From: an uncultured Candidatus Rokubacteria bacterium
Lineage (GTDB): Bacteria; Methylomirabilota; Methylomirabilia; Rokubacteriales; CSP1-6
Length of the DNA: 64,000 bases
NCBI GenBank assembly: GCA_963754315.1
Contig: CAVWFS010000018.1
Location: forward strand, 416,001-480,000
Direction: 5' to 3'
Both the position numbers and the translations under genes were made by a program. The notes beneath the pieces are model-generated. The model was not told the origin of the DNA and made no database searches. It saw only the letters and a list, made by a program, of their open reading frames with translations. Position 1 is the first letter of the stretch; every line of letters starts with the position of its first letter. Below, piece after piece: positions 18,340 through 28,543 of this stretch.

Positions 18340-19728
18340 TCAGTACTTGTGAAAGTGCTGGGCGATCTCGAAGGCGACATCCTGGCCCTCGAAGCCGCGA
18401 ACCTCCGAACGCTTCACCGTGAGATAGGCCTGAACGAGCACCTCGCCCAACGCCGCGCGTAGGATATCGTCGTGTTCTAGGGCGTCGAGTGCCTCGCTCA
18501 GCGAGCGGGGCAAACGCCTGATGCCCCGTCGCGCTCGCTCATGGTCCGAAAGGCTGTCCGGATCCACCAGGGTGGGCTCCCCTGGATCCAGCTTGCGTTC
18601 GATGCCGTCGAGACCGGCCGCAAGCAGTCCCCCAAGCGCCAGGTAGGGATTGTTCGAGGGATCGCTGGGCTTCAATTCCAGGTTGGTGGACTCCACTTCC
18701 AGGCCACGCCGCTGCGACGGGATCCGGATGGCTCCCTCGCGGTTGTCGGGGCCCCAGGCGGTGTAGGCGCTCGACCAGAAGCGTGGTTGCAGCCGACGAT
18801 AGGAGTTGACGCTGGGCGCGGTCAGGGCCACCAGGGCGGGCAGGTGAGCCAGCACCCCGCCGATGAAGCTGTAGCCCGCCTCGGACAGACCATAGCGGTC
18901 ACGCTCGCTGTGAAAGTGGTTGGCACCATCCGAGAGCCGCCACAGGCTGAAGTGGATGTGGGCGCCGTTCCCGGCTTCGTCCGGGAAGGGTTTCGGAGCG
19001 AACGAAGCGATGAGACCGTGCTTGAGGGCTACCCCACGCGCGGTCTCGCGCACGGTGATCTGGTTGTCCGCGGCACGGAGAGCCTCGGTGAAGCGGACAG
19101 GCAGTTCCTGCTGGCCCGGGCCCAGCTCGGCGTAGTATTGCTCGGGGTGGACCCCCTGGGCGATGAGCGCCTCGATGAGGTCGGACATGACCGGTGCGGC
19201 CGAATCCATGCCGATCGTCGAGAAGCAGTTGCTGTGATCCAGGGGGACGAAGGCGCCTCCCTCCCGGTGGGCGAGTGTGAACTCGGTCTCGAAGGCGGCG
19301 CGGCAGCCAAGTCCCTGGCTGGCCGCCTGGGTGATGGTTCGCTTGAGGAAGCTGCGCGGGCAGGCGCCCCACGGCTCGCCCGCGAGGGTCAGCATGTCGC
19401 ACAGCAACCGCGCGGAGCGTGGCGCGTATGGCAGGATGGCGAAGGTGGCGGGGTCGGCCATGAGCCGGATCTCACCCACCGGACCGAACGCACCGTCCGT
19501 CGCCAGCTGATCCAGCATGTTCATTGACTGCATGGCGACCGTCAACCCGATGCCCGACATCAGGTAGGACTCGAGGAACTCGGTCGCGCACGCCTTGCCG
19601 CGGATGACGCTGTCGTTCCCGCAGTAGAGGAACCGGACGAGCTGGATTTTCTCGTGACGGCTCTGTCGCACGATGTGACGGTGCCGACGCTGGGTGTCGC
19701 GCTCCTGGCGGGTCTGATCCTCGGTCAT
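18340..19728 (-). CDS. Glutamine synthetase-like gamma-glutamyl ligase
   Basis: FETEF, ELGPGQQEL, FAPKPF, GNGAHIHFSL, NSYRRL, WGPDNRE, NPYLALG. Start taken at MTEDQ. Confidence 0.88.
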   Translation of the reverse strand: MTEDQTRQERDTQRRHRHIVRQSRHEKIQLVRFLYCGNDSVIRGKACATEFLESYLMSGIGLTVAMQSMNMLDQLATDGAFGPVGEIRLMADPATFAILPYAPRSARLLCDMLTLAGEPWGACPRSFLKRTITQAASQGLGCRAAFETEFTLAHREGGAFVPLDHSNCFSTIGMDSAAPVMSDLIEALIAQGVHPEQYYAELGPGQQELPVRFTEALRAADNQITVRETARGVALKHGLIASFAPKPFPDEAGNGAHIHFSLWRLSDGANHFHSERDRYGLSEAGYSFIGGVLAHLPALVALTAPSVNSYRRLQPRFWSSAYTAWGPDNREGAIRIPSQRRGLEVESTNLELKPSDPSNNPYLALGGLLAAGLDGIERKLDPGEPTLVDPDSLSDHERARRGIRRLPRSLSEALDALEHDDILRAALGEVLVQAYLTVKRSEVRGFEGQDVAFEIAQHFHKY

Positions 19729-19821
19729 GACCGGGCGCCCTCCTCTCGTCGGCGCTGGCATCGCACGTCCGGCGATATTCACGGCCGGTCGGAAAGATAT
19801 CGTGCGATGGCAGGGCCAGCG

Positions 19822-20667
19822 CTACTTCACCGCCCCCGCCGTGAGACCCGACACGTAGTAATCGAGGAAGAACACGTAGAGGATGACGATAGGAACAGAG
19901 CCGAGGATGGCGCCGGCCATGAGCTGGCCCCAGAAGTAGATATCACCGCGGATGAGCTCGCTGGTGACACCCACGCTGGCCGTGATCTGGTCGGACGACG
20001 AGGTGAACGTCAGCGCGTAGATGAACTCGTTCCAGGACAATGTGAAGGCGAAAAGGGCCGCGCACACCAGTCCGGGAATGGCGATGGGCAGCACGATGCG
20101 GAGCAACGCCTGCACACGCGTCGCGCCGTCCACCATCGCGCACTCTTCCACTTCCTTCGGCACCGTCCGGAAGTAGCCCATCAGGAGCCAGGTGCAGAAC
20201 GGCACCAGGAAGGTGGGGTAGGTCACGACCAGGGCCCATTTGGAGTCGGCCAGTCCGATCCAGTTGACCACCTGGGCCAGCGGCAAGAAAAGCAGGGAGG
20301 TCGGCACCAGATAGGTGACAAAAATCCCGGTTCCGAAGGTGCCAACTCCGAAGAATTTCATGCGAGCGAGGGCGTAGGCGGCAATGGTTCCGATGACCAC
20401 CGAGATGGTGGTCGCGAGCAGGGTCACCAGCAAGCTGTTCTTCGTCCACGTGAGGAACGCGCTCTCCCAGATGAGCTTCGTGTAGTGCTCGAGGGTCGCC
20501 CCCTGCCGAATGAGAAGGGGGTTCGCCTGTCGGTCATAGAGCTCCCGGTCCTGCTTCAGCGACGTCAGCGTCATGTGATAGAAGGGAAAGATCGCGAAGA
20601 TCAGGAACGGCACCAGCAGCAGGTGGTTGGCAACTTTCCGGCCCAGTCGCCGACTGTTCCACGGCAT
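19822..20667 (-). CDS. Carbohydrate ABC transporter permease (MalG-type)
   Basis: VPKEVEECAMVDGA, FTLSWNEFIYAL, C-terminal GLTAGAVK. Confidence 0.92.
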   Translation of the reverse strand: MPWNSRRLGRKVANHLLLVPFLIFAIFPFYHMTLTSLKQDRELYDRQANPLLIRQGATLEHYTKLIWESAFLTWTKNSLLVTLLATTISVVIGTIAAYALARMKFFGVGTFGTGIFVTYLVPTSLLFLPLAQVVNWIGLADSKWALVVTYPTFLVPFCTWLLMGYFRTVPKEVEECAMVDGATRVQALLRIVLPIAIPGLVCAALFAFTLSWNEFIYALTFTSSSDQITASVGVTSELIRGDIYFWGQLMAGAILGSVPIVILYVFFLDYYVSGLTAGAVK

Positions 20668-21605
20668 CAGTAGGCCTGCTTTCGGACGAATCGTAGCTGC
20701 GCCCACACCACGAGCACCAGCACCGGGAAGAGGTAGAGAGAGATGGCGGCGCCTTCGCCGATCCGCCCCGTCTCCAGCCCAACCTGGCGGGCGAGGGTGG
20801 CAAAGAGGTGGGTGGAGTTGATGGGCCCTCCGTGTGTCAGCACGTACACGATATTGAAGTCGCTGAAGGTGAAGATGGTCGAGAACAGGATGACGATGGC
20901 CAGGACGCCCTTGAGGAGGGGCAGAGTGACGTACCAGAAGCGCGCCATCGGGCCTGCCCCGTCAGCTTCGGCTGCCTCGTACAGTTCTTTGGGGATGGAG
21001 ACGAGGCCGGCCAGGATGGTGATGGCGAAGAAGGGCAGACCGCGCCACACGTTCACGGCGATGACGGCCGCCATGGCGTGGTACTTCTGCCCGAGCCAGT
21101 TCGGACCCGGCGGGTCCATGATGCCAAGGGCGATACCCGTCCAGTTCACCACACTGTAGAGCGAATTGAACATCCACCACCAGCCCAGGGTGGACAGGGC
21201 GGTCGGAATGACCCACGGCAGCAGCACAGCGCCGCGGATCAGCCGTTTGAACCAGAGCTGCTGGTTCAGGAGCAGGGCGAGCGAGATGCCCAGGACGAGC
21301 TTGAAGCCAACAGCGACGCCGGTGAACACGAAGGCATTCTGAAAAGTTTGTCGGAAGGCGTCACTCTGCCAAAGCCCCACAAAGTTCCGGAAGCCGACAA
21401 AATAGCTCGGCCGCCCGACGAAGGCGTTTGACAGGGAGAAGTACACGGCCATGACAAACGGATAGGCCACCAGCACCAGCAACAGAATGAGGGCCGGCGT
21501 CACGAACGCCGGCCCCAGGATGGGCTCGCGGTCGAACAGTTCCCGCAACCGGACATTCAGCGGGCGTGGGGCGGGGGAGGCGACGCCGATGCTTCCGATG
21601 GCCAT
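20667..21605 (-). CDS. Carbohydrate ABC transporter permease (MalF-type)
   Basis: LLPWVIP, IPKELYEAAEADGA, LTHGGP. Confidence 0.92.
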   Translation of the reverse strand: MAIGSIGVASPAPRPLNVRLRELFDREPILGPAFVTPALILLLVLVAYPFVMAVYFSLSNAFVGRPSYFVGFRNFVGLWQSDAFRQTFQNAFVFTGVAVGFKLVLGISLALLLNQQLWFKRLIRGAVLLPWVIPTALSTLGWWWMFNSLYSVVNWTGIALGIMDPPGPNWLGQKYHAMAAVIAVNVWRGLPFFAITILAGLVSIPKELYEAAEADGAGPMARFWYVTLPLLKGVLAIVILFSTIFTFSDFNIVYVLTHGGPINSTHLFATLARQVGLETGRIGEGAAISLYLFPVLVLVVWAQLRFVRKQAY

Positions 21606-21611
21606 GTCAAC

Positions 21612-22886
21612 TCACCCGGCCACGATCTTCTTCATCTCACCCTCCGCCCACGCAATGGACTCTTTGGTGGACGTTCCGGTGACCGCCTTGGCCAGCATGT
21701 TAGGCAGGATGAAGGAGTTGGTGATGAGCTGGATCTTGTCGCTGGGCGGCGCCGGCCAGCCATAGCAGTGAAATTGAACTCCCTCTTGCTTGAGGGCGGC
21801 GAATTTAGGATCGGTCTTCAGCACCGGGTGTTCCTGAATGCTCGCATACACCGGAAGATTGAAGGCATCTCCCGACATGATGTACTCGTCGTAGAGCTCT
21901 TTCTTGCCGAGCAAGTAGCGGATCCATTCCTTGGAGGGCTCGACGTTCTTGGAAAACTTCCAGATCCCGATGTGACGCGGGACGTCGGTCTCGTGGCGGC
22001 CAGCCGGACCAGTGAGACTCCGATGGTGGTTGATGCCATCGGCCGTCACCATCTTCCGATTGCGGGCGAGGATGTAGGCGCTGAGGGGGTTGTGGATCCA
22101 GCCGGCCTTACCGGCCACCAGCGAGTCGTTGTTACTGGCGTTGGTCCAGGACAGCACCTCGGGCTCCATGCAGTCCTTGAACATCTTTTTGTACCACTCG
22201 ACGACCTCGGCCGTCTGGGGCGAGTTGATGCGGACCGTCTTACCGTCCTTGTCGACCTCCATGCCGCCGTAACACCAGAGCACGGCCCCACCCGTCGAGA
22301 TCGTGTCGTAGTTCTGGCTGATGGGGATACCTACCGGGTGCCCCATCTTCTTGAGCTCCTTGCCGACGACGTAGAGCTCTTCCCAGGTGTCGGGCACCTT
22401 GAGGCTTGCCTTCTTGAAGAGGTCTTCCCTGTAGGCGGCTACGAAGAAGGTGTGGTACTGAGGCACAGCCCGCCACACACCCTTGACGTTGGCAGTCTCC
22501 TTGGCCGACGCGAGGGCCGGTCCGTACTTCTTTTCGAGCTCACCCGCCACGTCGGACACGTCGACCAGTTGCGGCTCGTAGAGCCAGGGGAAATGCATGC
22601 GCATCTCGACCAGATCATGGCCAGCCTGGGTCTGCACCTCGGAGGCGTACTTGGCGGCCTGCTGCTCGGCGTTGATGTGGTCGATCTTGATCTTGATGCC
22701 GGTGTCCTTGGTGAAACGCTGGCCGATCTCGGCCAACTTCTTGTCGGAGGCGGGCGCGAAGTTGTTCCAGCAGAGATACGAGATTTCCCGCTGCTGGCCG
22801 CGGGCTGGTGGAATGCGGGTGGCCAGGATGCCGGCGAGGCCGGTGCCGGTCGTGGCGACGAATTGACGGCGGGTGACCTGTGTCAT
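21612..22886 (-). CDS. Tat-exported carbohydrate-type ABC substrate-binding protein
   Basis: GGAGG RBS, twin-arginine TRRQFV, SBP family 1 pattern (YREDLFKKA, PDTWEEL). Confidence 0.88.
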   Translation of the reverse strand: MTQVTRRQFVATTGTGLAGILATRIPPARGQQREISYLCWNNFAPASDKKLAEIGQRFTKDTGIKIKIDHINAEQQAAKYASEVQTQAGHDLVEMRMHFPWLYEPQLVDVSDVAGELEKKYGPALASAKETANVKGVWRAVPQYHTFFVAAYREDLFKKASLKVPDTWEELYVVGKELKKMGHPVGIPISQNYDTISTGGAVLWCYGGMEVDKDGKTVRINSPQTAEVVEWYKKMFKDCMEPEVLSWTNASNNDSLVAGKAGWIHNPLSAYILARNRKMVTADGINHHRSLTGPAGRHETDVPRHIGIWKFSKNVEPSKEWIRYLLGKKELYDEYIMSGDAFNLPVYASIQEHPVLKTDPKFAALKQEGVQFHCYGWPAPPSDKIQLITNSFILPNMLAKAVTGTSTKESIAWAEGEMKKIVAG

Positions 22887-22946
22887 GACTCCTCCACGTT
22901 GAGCGAGCGGTTGAAGCCGATACCCGGATCGAGCAAGCTTGGCGCG

Positions 22947-22975
22947 ACTGTAGACAGCCTTTCGCCGACTGTCAA
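22947..22975 (-). promoter_or_regulatory. Sigma70-type promoter of the sugar ABC/GS-like operon
   Basis: On the minus strand TTGACA-17 nt-TACAGT. It is overlapped by near-palindromes CTGTAGACAG and GACAGCC-N7-GACTGTC (possible operator). Confidence 0.6.
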
Positions 22976-23006
22976 GGTGAGCACGGGCCAAAAAGGGCCG
23001 GCGTAG

Positions 23007-24653
23007 TCAGGACGAACTCTCGGCCGGCGGCGACCAGTCCTTGAAACGCTCCCGCAGGACCTTCTTGTCGAACTTGCCGACGCTGGTCTTGGGGACCTCC
23101 TCGAGGAAGACGACCTCGTCGGGCAGCGCCCATCGCGCTAGCTGCGGGCGCAGGAACTCGATGATCTCGGCGGCGTCCAGGTGCGCGCCCGGCCGCGGAA
23201 CCACGCAAGCGAGGGGACGCTCCATCCACTTGGGGTGAGGGACGGCGATGACGGCGGCCTCCAGCACCTTCGGGTGGGCCATGATCATGTTCTCTACGTC
23301 CACGCTGGAGATCCATTCGCCGCCCGACTTGATGAGGTCCTTTGTGCGATCGGTGATCTGCAGGTAGCCTTCCCCATCCAGGGTGGCCACGTCCCCTGTC
23401 TTGAACCAGCCATCCTCGGTGAAGCGGGCGGCGCTCTCCGGATTGTCGTAGTAGGCGCCGACCACCCAGGGGCCGCGCACCTGGATTTCGCCCATGCTGC
23501 GACCATCGCCCAGGAGCTCGGTTCCGTCCTCGCCGACGATCCTGAGCTCGACGCCGGCCGCGACGTAGCCTTGCTTGGCCCGCGCGGCGTAGCGCTGTTC
23601 GTCCGGCCAGCCTTGCATATAACTCTTGAGACGACCGATCGTTCCGATGGGCGAGGTTTCCGTCATCCCCCAGGCATGAACGAGGGGCACACCTAACGCC
23701 TTCTCGTAATACTCGATGAGGCTTTTGGGCGCCGCCGAGCCGCCGCAGGGAACGCAGCGCAGGGAGGACAGATCGTATCCCTCCTTCTCGATCAGCTCCT
23801 TGACGGCGATCCACACGGTGGGCACCGCCCCCGTGAAGGTGACCTTCTCGCTCTGCACGAGCTCGCAGATATCGCGTGGTTGGGGACTCGGCCCGGCGAA
23901 GATCTGGGTGGCCCCCACCATGACCCCGGTGTGGGGGACGCACCAGGCGTTGGCGTGAAACATGGGCACGATGTGCAGGATGATATCGCTCTCGGAGAGG
24001 GCGAACAGATCGGTCATGGCCATGGCCATGCAGTGCAGAAAGAGGGCACGGTGCGTGTAGACGACGCCCTTGGGGTGGCCGGTCGTCCCCGACGTGTAGC
24101 ACATGGCCGCCGCCCACCGTTCTTCCAACGCAGGCCAGGCGGAGACCGGGCGGGCGGCCGCCAAGAGGGTCTCGTAGTCGTCGGCCCCGGACGGCAAGGG
24201 GACGTCAGGCGTATCGGGCATGACGATGATGCGCTTGACGGTGGGGATCTTGTCGCGCAACCCGGCCAGGATAGGCAGCAGGCTCGCGTCCACGAAGATC
24301 ACGCTGTCTCCGGCGTGGTTGATGATGTACGCGAGGTCCTGCGTCGAGAGGCGGAGATTCAGGGTGTGCAGAACATATCCCGACAGCGGCACGGCCCAGT
24401 ACAGTTCCAGGTGGCGGTGGCTGTTCCAGGCCAAGGTGGCTACGCGGTCTCCACGCGCGAGCCCGAGACCGCCGAGGACGTTGGCAAGTCGCATGGTTCG
24501 GGCCGCAAAATCGGCGTACGTATAGCGGAAGAGGGGGTGTCCTGGTATCCGCGTGGCCAGCATCTTGCCACCGAAGAGTCGCCGGCTCCGCTCGAAGAAG
24601 TGGGTGAGCGTGAGCGGGAAGTCCATCATGAGGGCGTCGAGAGAGGGTTGCAT
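23007..24653 (-). CDS. Medium/long-chain fatty acid-CoA ligase (AlkK/DmdB-like)
   Basis: [46 protein letters not shown]. Confidence 0.92.
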   Translation of the reverse strand: MQPSLDALMMDFPLTLTHFFERSRRLFGGKMLATRIPGHPLFRYTYADFAARTMRLANVLGGLGLARGDRVATLAWNSHRHLELYWAVPLSGYVLHTLNLRLSTQDLAYIINHAGDSVIFVDASLLPILAGLRDKIPTVKRIIVMPDTPDVPLPSGADDYETLLAAARPVSAWPALEERWAAAMCYTSGTTGHPKGVVYTHRALFLHCMAMAMTDLFALSESDIILHIVPMFHANAWCVPHTGVMVGATQIFAGPSPQPRDICELVQSEKVTFTGAVPTVWIAVKELIEKEGYDLSSLRCVPCGGSAAPKSLIEYYEKALGVPLVHAWGMTETSPIGTIGRLKSYMQGWPDEQRYAARAKQGYVAAGVELRIVGEDGTELLGDGRSMGEIQVRGPWVVGAYYDNPESAARFTEDGWFKTGDVATLDGEGYLQITDRTKDLIKSGGEWISSVDVENMIMAHPKVLEAAVIAVPHPKWMERPLACVVPRPGAHLDAAEIIEFLRPQLARWALPDEVVFLEEVPKTSVGKFDKKVLRERFKDWSPPAESSS

Positions 24654-24759
24654 CGTATCGGCCTCCTAGATCTTCCGAGGTCGAGAGAGCGTCGGAGTCA
24701 TCGGTGGCAATTTATCACGACGAAATCGGTCGCCGGTGGTCGTGATATGGTGATCGCCG

Positions 24760-26820
24760 ATGCGCTCCCTCTGGAACGAGGATGAGGTCACGTCGCTCTC
24801 GGATCTCGATCGTCTCGTGTACGCCTCCCGCCTGATCGGAGCCGAGACCTCCCTGGTCGTCTGGGGAGGCGGCAACACCTCGATCAAGGGTCTGGAGCGT
24901 GATCACCGGGCCCGTGAGATCCCCGTCCTGCGCGTGAAGGGCAGCGGTTCGGATCTCAAGTCGATCCAGCGGAAGGATTTCCCAGGGGTGCGGATGGACG
25001 ACATCCTGGTGCTGCTCGCGCGCGACGAGATGGGTGACCAGGAGATGGTGTCCTACCTCGCCCACGGCCTCATGGAACCAGGCGGCCCCCGACCGTCCAT
25101 CGAGACGTTACTCCACGGCTTCCTTGCGGCGCCGGCCGTCATCCACACGCATGCCGATGCCATCGTCTCGCTCACCAACAACGACCATGCAGCCGAGACC
25201 CTCGCCTCTGTCTACGGTCGCGAGGTGATTGCCCTGCCTTACCGGCGACCCGGCTTCCGCATCTCCAGGGATGTGGCAGACGCCATTGCCGCCCGACCCG
25301 AGGCGCGCGCGCTCCTCCTGGAACGCCACGGGACCATCACGTGGGGCGCGACCGTGCGCGAGGCGTACGAGGCCACCATCGAGCTGATCTCGCGCGCCGA
25401 AGAGGCGATCGCTGCGCGTCGGCGGGGGCGGCACGTCTTCGGTCCCCCCAAGGTGCCCCTGCCGGAGCCCTCGGCTCGTCGGGCGGCGGCAGTCGCCATC
25501 GCACCTCGCCTGCGAGGGCGGCTCAGCCGCGAACGACGGGTCGTCCTGGCTTTCGACGACACGCCAGCCGTCGGCGAATTCGTGGCCTCGGCTGATGCCC
25601 GATCGCTGTCCCAGATAGGGCCGGCCACTCCTGATCACACCATCTTCACGAAGCGGGTGGCCTGCTTTGTGGACGCCGAACGACCCGACGACGCCGAGGC
25701 CGTGAGAGCTGCCATCGAACGCGACGTGGAGCGCTACGCCGAAGAGTACACGCGCTACTTCGAGGCCCATCGGTTCGAGGGGACGGAACTCTCCGATCCG
25801 TTGCCTCGGGTCGTGTTGGTCGCCGGTCTCGGAATGTTCACGGCGGGCAAGGATCGACGCACGGCTGGAATCGTGAACGACATCTACCACCACACGATCG
25901 ACGTGATGGGCAATGCTAGCGCCTTCGGCCGGTATGTCTCGTTGAGCCCGCGGGACGCATTCGACGTAGAGTACTGGCCGCTCGAGCTGTACAAGCTCAC
26001 CTTGGCCCCGCCCGAGCGCGAGATGGCGCGTCGGATCGCCCTTGTCACCGGCGGGGCGGGAGGTCTCGGAAAAGCTGTGGCCCGGCGCCTGGCCTCGGAA
26101 GGCGCCCACGTCGTGGTCACTGACCTCGATGGAGCGGGTGCGCGTAAGGTTGCCGACGAGATCGCCGCCAAGGTGGGCAGCGGGCGAACGCTCGGTCTCG
26201 CCATGGACGTGACCAGCGAGGCCTCGGTCCGGGCCGCCTTCGAGGAGACCGTCCTCGCCTACGGGGGCGTGGACGTGATCGTCTCCAACGCCGGCATCGC
26301 TCACTCGACGCCTGTGGTTGATCTCGCCCTGGCCGACTGGGAGCGCTCGTTCGCCGTCAACGCGACCGGCCATTTCCTCGTCGCGCGGGAAGCCATGCGG
26401 ATTTTGATGGCCCAGGGCATCGGCGGTGCGCTGGTGTTCATCGCTACCAAGAACGTCATGTCGCCCGGCAAGGACTTCGCCGCCTATTCAGCGGCGAAGG
26501 CGGCCGAGGCCCAGCTGGCCAAGGTGCTCGCCCTCGAGGGTGCCCCTCACGGGATCCGGTCCAACATCGTGAATCCCGATGCGATCTTCCAGGACTCGGG
26601 GCTCTGGTCGGCCGAGGTGCGACGCGAGCGGGCGGCCGCTCAGGGCATTGCCGTCGAACAACTCGAGGAGTTCTACCGCAAGCGTAACCTGCTGGGAGCG
26701 CGGATCCTACCCGACGACGTGGCGGAGGCCGTGCTCTTTCTCGCCTCCGACCGATCATCCAAGACCACAGGATGCACCCTGACCGTGGACGGCGGCGTCA
26801 AGGACGCCTTCCCACGCTGA
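24760..26820 (+). CDS. Bifunctional class II aldolase / short-chain dehydrogenase (rhamnulose-1-phosphate aldolase-SDR type)
   Basis: GGGNTS, KGSGSDL, PSIETLLH, HTHAD, TPDH, EYWPLE, then SDR TGGAGGLG, NAG, YSAAK. Confidence 0.9.
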   Translation: MRSLWNEDEVTSLSDLDRLVYASRLIGAETSLVVWGGGNTSIKGLERDHRAREIPVLRVKGSGSDLKSIQRKDFPGVRMDDILVLLARDEMGDQEMVSYLAHGLMEPGGPRPSIETLLHGFLAAPAVIHTHADAIVSLTNNDHAAETLASVYGREVIALPYRRPGFRISRDVADAIAARPEARALLLERHGTITWGATVREAYEATIELISRAEEAIAARRRGRHVFGPPKVPLPEPSARRAAAVAIAPRLRGRLSRERRVVLAFDDTPAVGEFVASADARSLSQIGPATPDHTIFTKRVACFVDAERPDDAEAVRAAIERDVERYAEEYTRYFEAHRFEGTELSDPLPRVVLVAGLGMFTAGKDRRTAGIVNDIYHHTIDVMGNASAFGRYVSLSPRDAFDVEYWPLELYKLTLAPPEREMARRIALVTGGAGGLGKAVARRLASEGAHVVVTDLDGAGARKVADEIAAKVGSGRTLGLAMDVTSEASVRAAFEETVLAYGGVDVIVSNAGIAHSTPVVDLALADWERSFAVNATGHFLVAREAMRILMAQGIGGALVFIATKNVMSPGKDFAAYSAAKAAEAQLAKVLALEGAPHGIRSNIVNPDAIFQDSGLWSAEVRRERAAAQGIAVEQLEEFYRKRNLLGARILPDDVAEAVLFLASDRSSKTTGCTLTVDGGVKDAFPR

Positions 26821-26822
26821 CC

Positions 26823-27743
26823 ATGATCGACGTCGGTGTGTCGCTCTCGCTCATGCCGCCTCGCCAGCAGCTGGATCTCGTCCGGGCCATCGAAGCCCTC
26901 GGGTACGACTCGCTCTGGTGCGGCGATCACCTCTCCTTCCATGGCCCATGCTACGAGTCACTCACCCTGCTTGCCGCGTGGGCGACCGTTACCACCCGCA
27001 TCAAGCTCGGTACCGCGGTGCACTTGCTAGCCCTGCGCCCACCGGCGCTGACGGCCAAGCAGACGGCCACGGTGGACCAACTCTCGGGTGGCCGTCTGAT
27101 CTTCGGCGTCGGAGTCGGCGGCGAGAACCCCAAGGAGTTCGAGGTGGTTGGTGTGCCCCACAAGGAGCGCGGGGCCCGGGTGACGGAGGCCATCGACGTG
27201 GTACGGACGCTTTGGCGGGAGACGCCAGCGACCTTTCGCGGTCGGTTCACCTCGTTCGAGGGCGTTTCCCTCGATCCCAAGCCCGTCCAGCGGCCGGGCC
27301 CGCCCATCTGGATCGGCGGGCGCTCGGACGCGGCCCTCGTGCGCGCGGGTCGTCAGGGTGACGGGTGGATCTCCTACGTCGTCCAGGCGGATCGCTTTGC
27401 GCAAAGCCTGGCCCGGGTGCGCGCGGCCGCCGACGAGGCAGGCCGATCTCACGAGGCTTTCACCCCCGCCCATCTGGCGTTCGTCACGCTTGGCCGCGAC
27501 CGCGAGACGGCCGAGGCCATGTGGACCAGGATCCTCTCCAGGCGGTACAACCAGGACTTCGCGCCCTTGGCTCGGAAGTACGGGATCATCGGTACCGCCT
27601 CCCAGTGCGTCGAGCAGCTTGAGCCGTTCATTGAAGCCGGCTGCCGCTCATTCGTGATCGGAATCATCGCGGACCCTGACCTGCAACGTGAACAGCTCGA
27701 GGTTTTTGCCGCTGACGTCCTTCCGCGCCTGAAAAGGCGCTGA
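26823..27743 (+). CDS. LLM-class flavin/F420-dependent oxidoreductase
   Basis: GYDSLWCGDH, TVDQLSGGRLIFGVGVG, PKPVQRPGPPIWIGG. Confidence 0.9.
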   Translation: MIDVGVSLSLMPPRQQLDLVRAIEALGYDSLWCGDHLSFHGPCYESLTLLAAWATVTTRIKLGTAVHLLALRPPALTAKQTATVDQLSGGRLIFGVGVGGENPKEFEVVGVPHKERGARVTEAIDVVRTLWRETPATFRGRFTSFEGVSLDPKPVQRPGPPIWIGGRSDAALVRAGRQGDGWISYVVQADRFAQSLARVRAAADEAGRSHEAFTPAHLAFVTLGRDRETAEAMWTRILSRRYNQDFAPLARKYGIIGTASQCVEQLEPFIEAGCRSFVIGIIADPDLQREQLEVFAADVLPRLKRR

Positions 27744-27757
27744 GGGGACGGTGACCG

Positions 27758-28466
27758 ATGCCCGCGAAGCCCCAGGAGTGCCGGGCGCGGGTGGCCGTCG
27801 TGAGATGGTTGAGCTCCGGACGTCATCGAGGTGGACCTCCAGCTGGAGGATCCGCCGGGGCTTGAGTTCGAGGCTGGACAATGGGTCTCGATCCCTTTTG
27901 GTCCCAAGACCGTGCGCGCCTATTCGATCGCCTCGACTCCCGGTTTCCCCGAGCTGATCACCTTGACGGCCGATCTGGAACCGGGCGGTCTCGGCTCTGC
28001 CTGGTTCCGGGGACTGCGACCCGGGACGATGGTGCCCTTCAAAGGCCCGCTGGGCGGTTTTGTCCTCGTTCGGTCGGACCCTCGCCACCCTCTGTTCGTC
28101 GCCGAGGAGATCGGAATCGTGCCGATTCGATCGATCCTCAATGACCTCCAAACCTCGGGCGATAGCCGACCGACACGGCTCGCGTACTGGGCTCGCCGGC
28201 CGAACGGGCTTATCTACGACGCCGAGTTCCGCTCGCTGGCGCGCCGGGCGCCGACGTTCGCGTATCATCCCCTCGTCGGCGCCGCCGATCCCTCGGGCGC
28301 CGCCGGGCCCGAAGCGCTCGGTACCCTGGTGGATCAGCTGACGCCGTCGGTCGAAAATATCGTCAGCTACGTGGCGGGCAGTGAGCGGACGATCCATCGG
28401 GTTCGTGAGGTGCTGACGGCGAAGGGCCTCGCGCGCAAGGCCGTGAAGTGGGAGAAGTTCTGGTAG
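27758..28466 (+). CDS. FNR-like FAD/NAD-binding oxidoreductase, +1 frameshift near 27815-27820
   Basis: MPAKPQECRARVAVVRWLS joins DVIEVDLQ...FEAGQW, RAYSIASTP, GLGSAW, GPLGGF, and ends EKFW. Confidence 0.75.
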
Positions 28467-28480
28467 CGGCAGGAGGGGGT

Positions 28481-28543
28481 ATGGCCGACCTGACGGGCGG
28501 CGACCTGGTGGCGCGAGTCCTCTCCGACTCGATGGCCATTTGA
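28481..28543 (+). pseudogene. 20-codon stub resembling the N-terminus of a ThDP-dependent enzyme (acetolactate synthase family)
   Basis: AGGAGG RBS then MADLTGGDLVARVLSDSMAI*. Its TGA overlaps the TTG start of the next gene. Confidence 0.5.
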
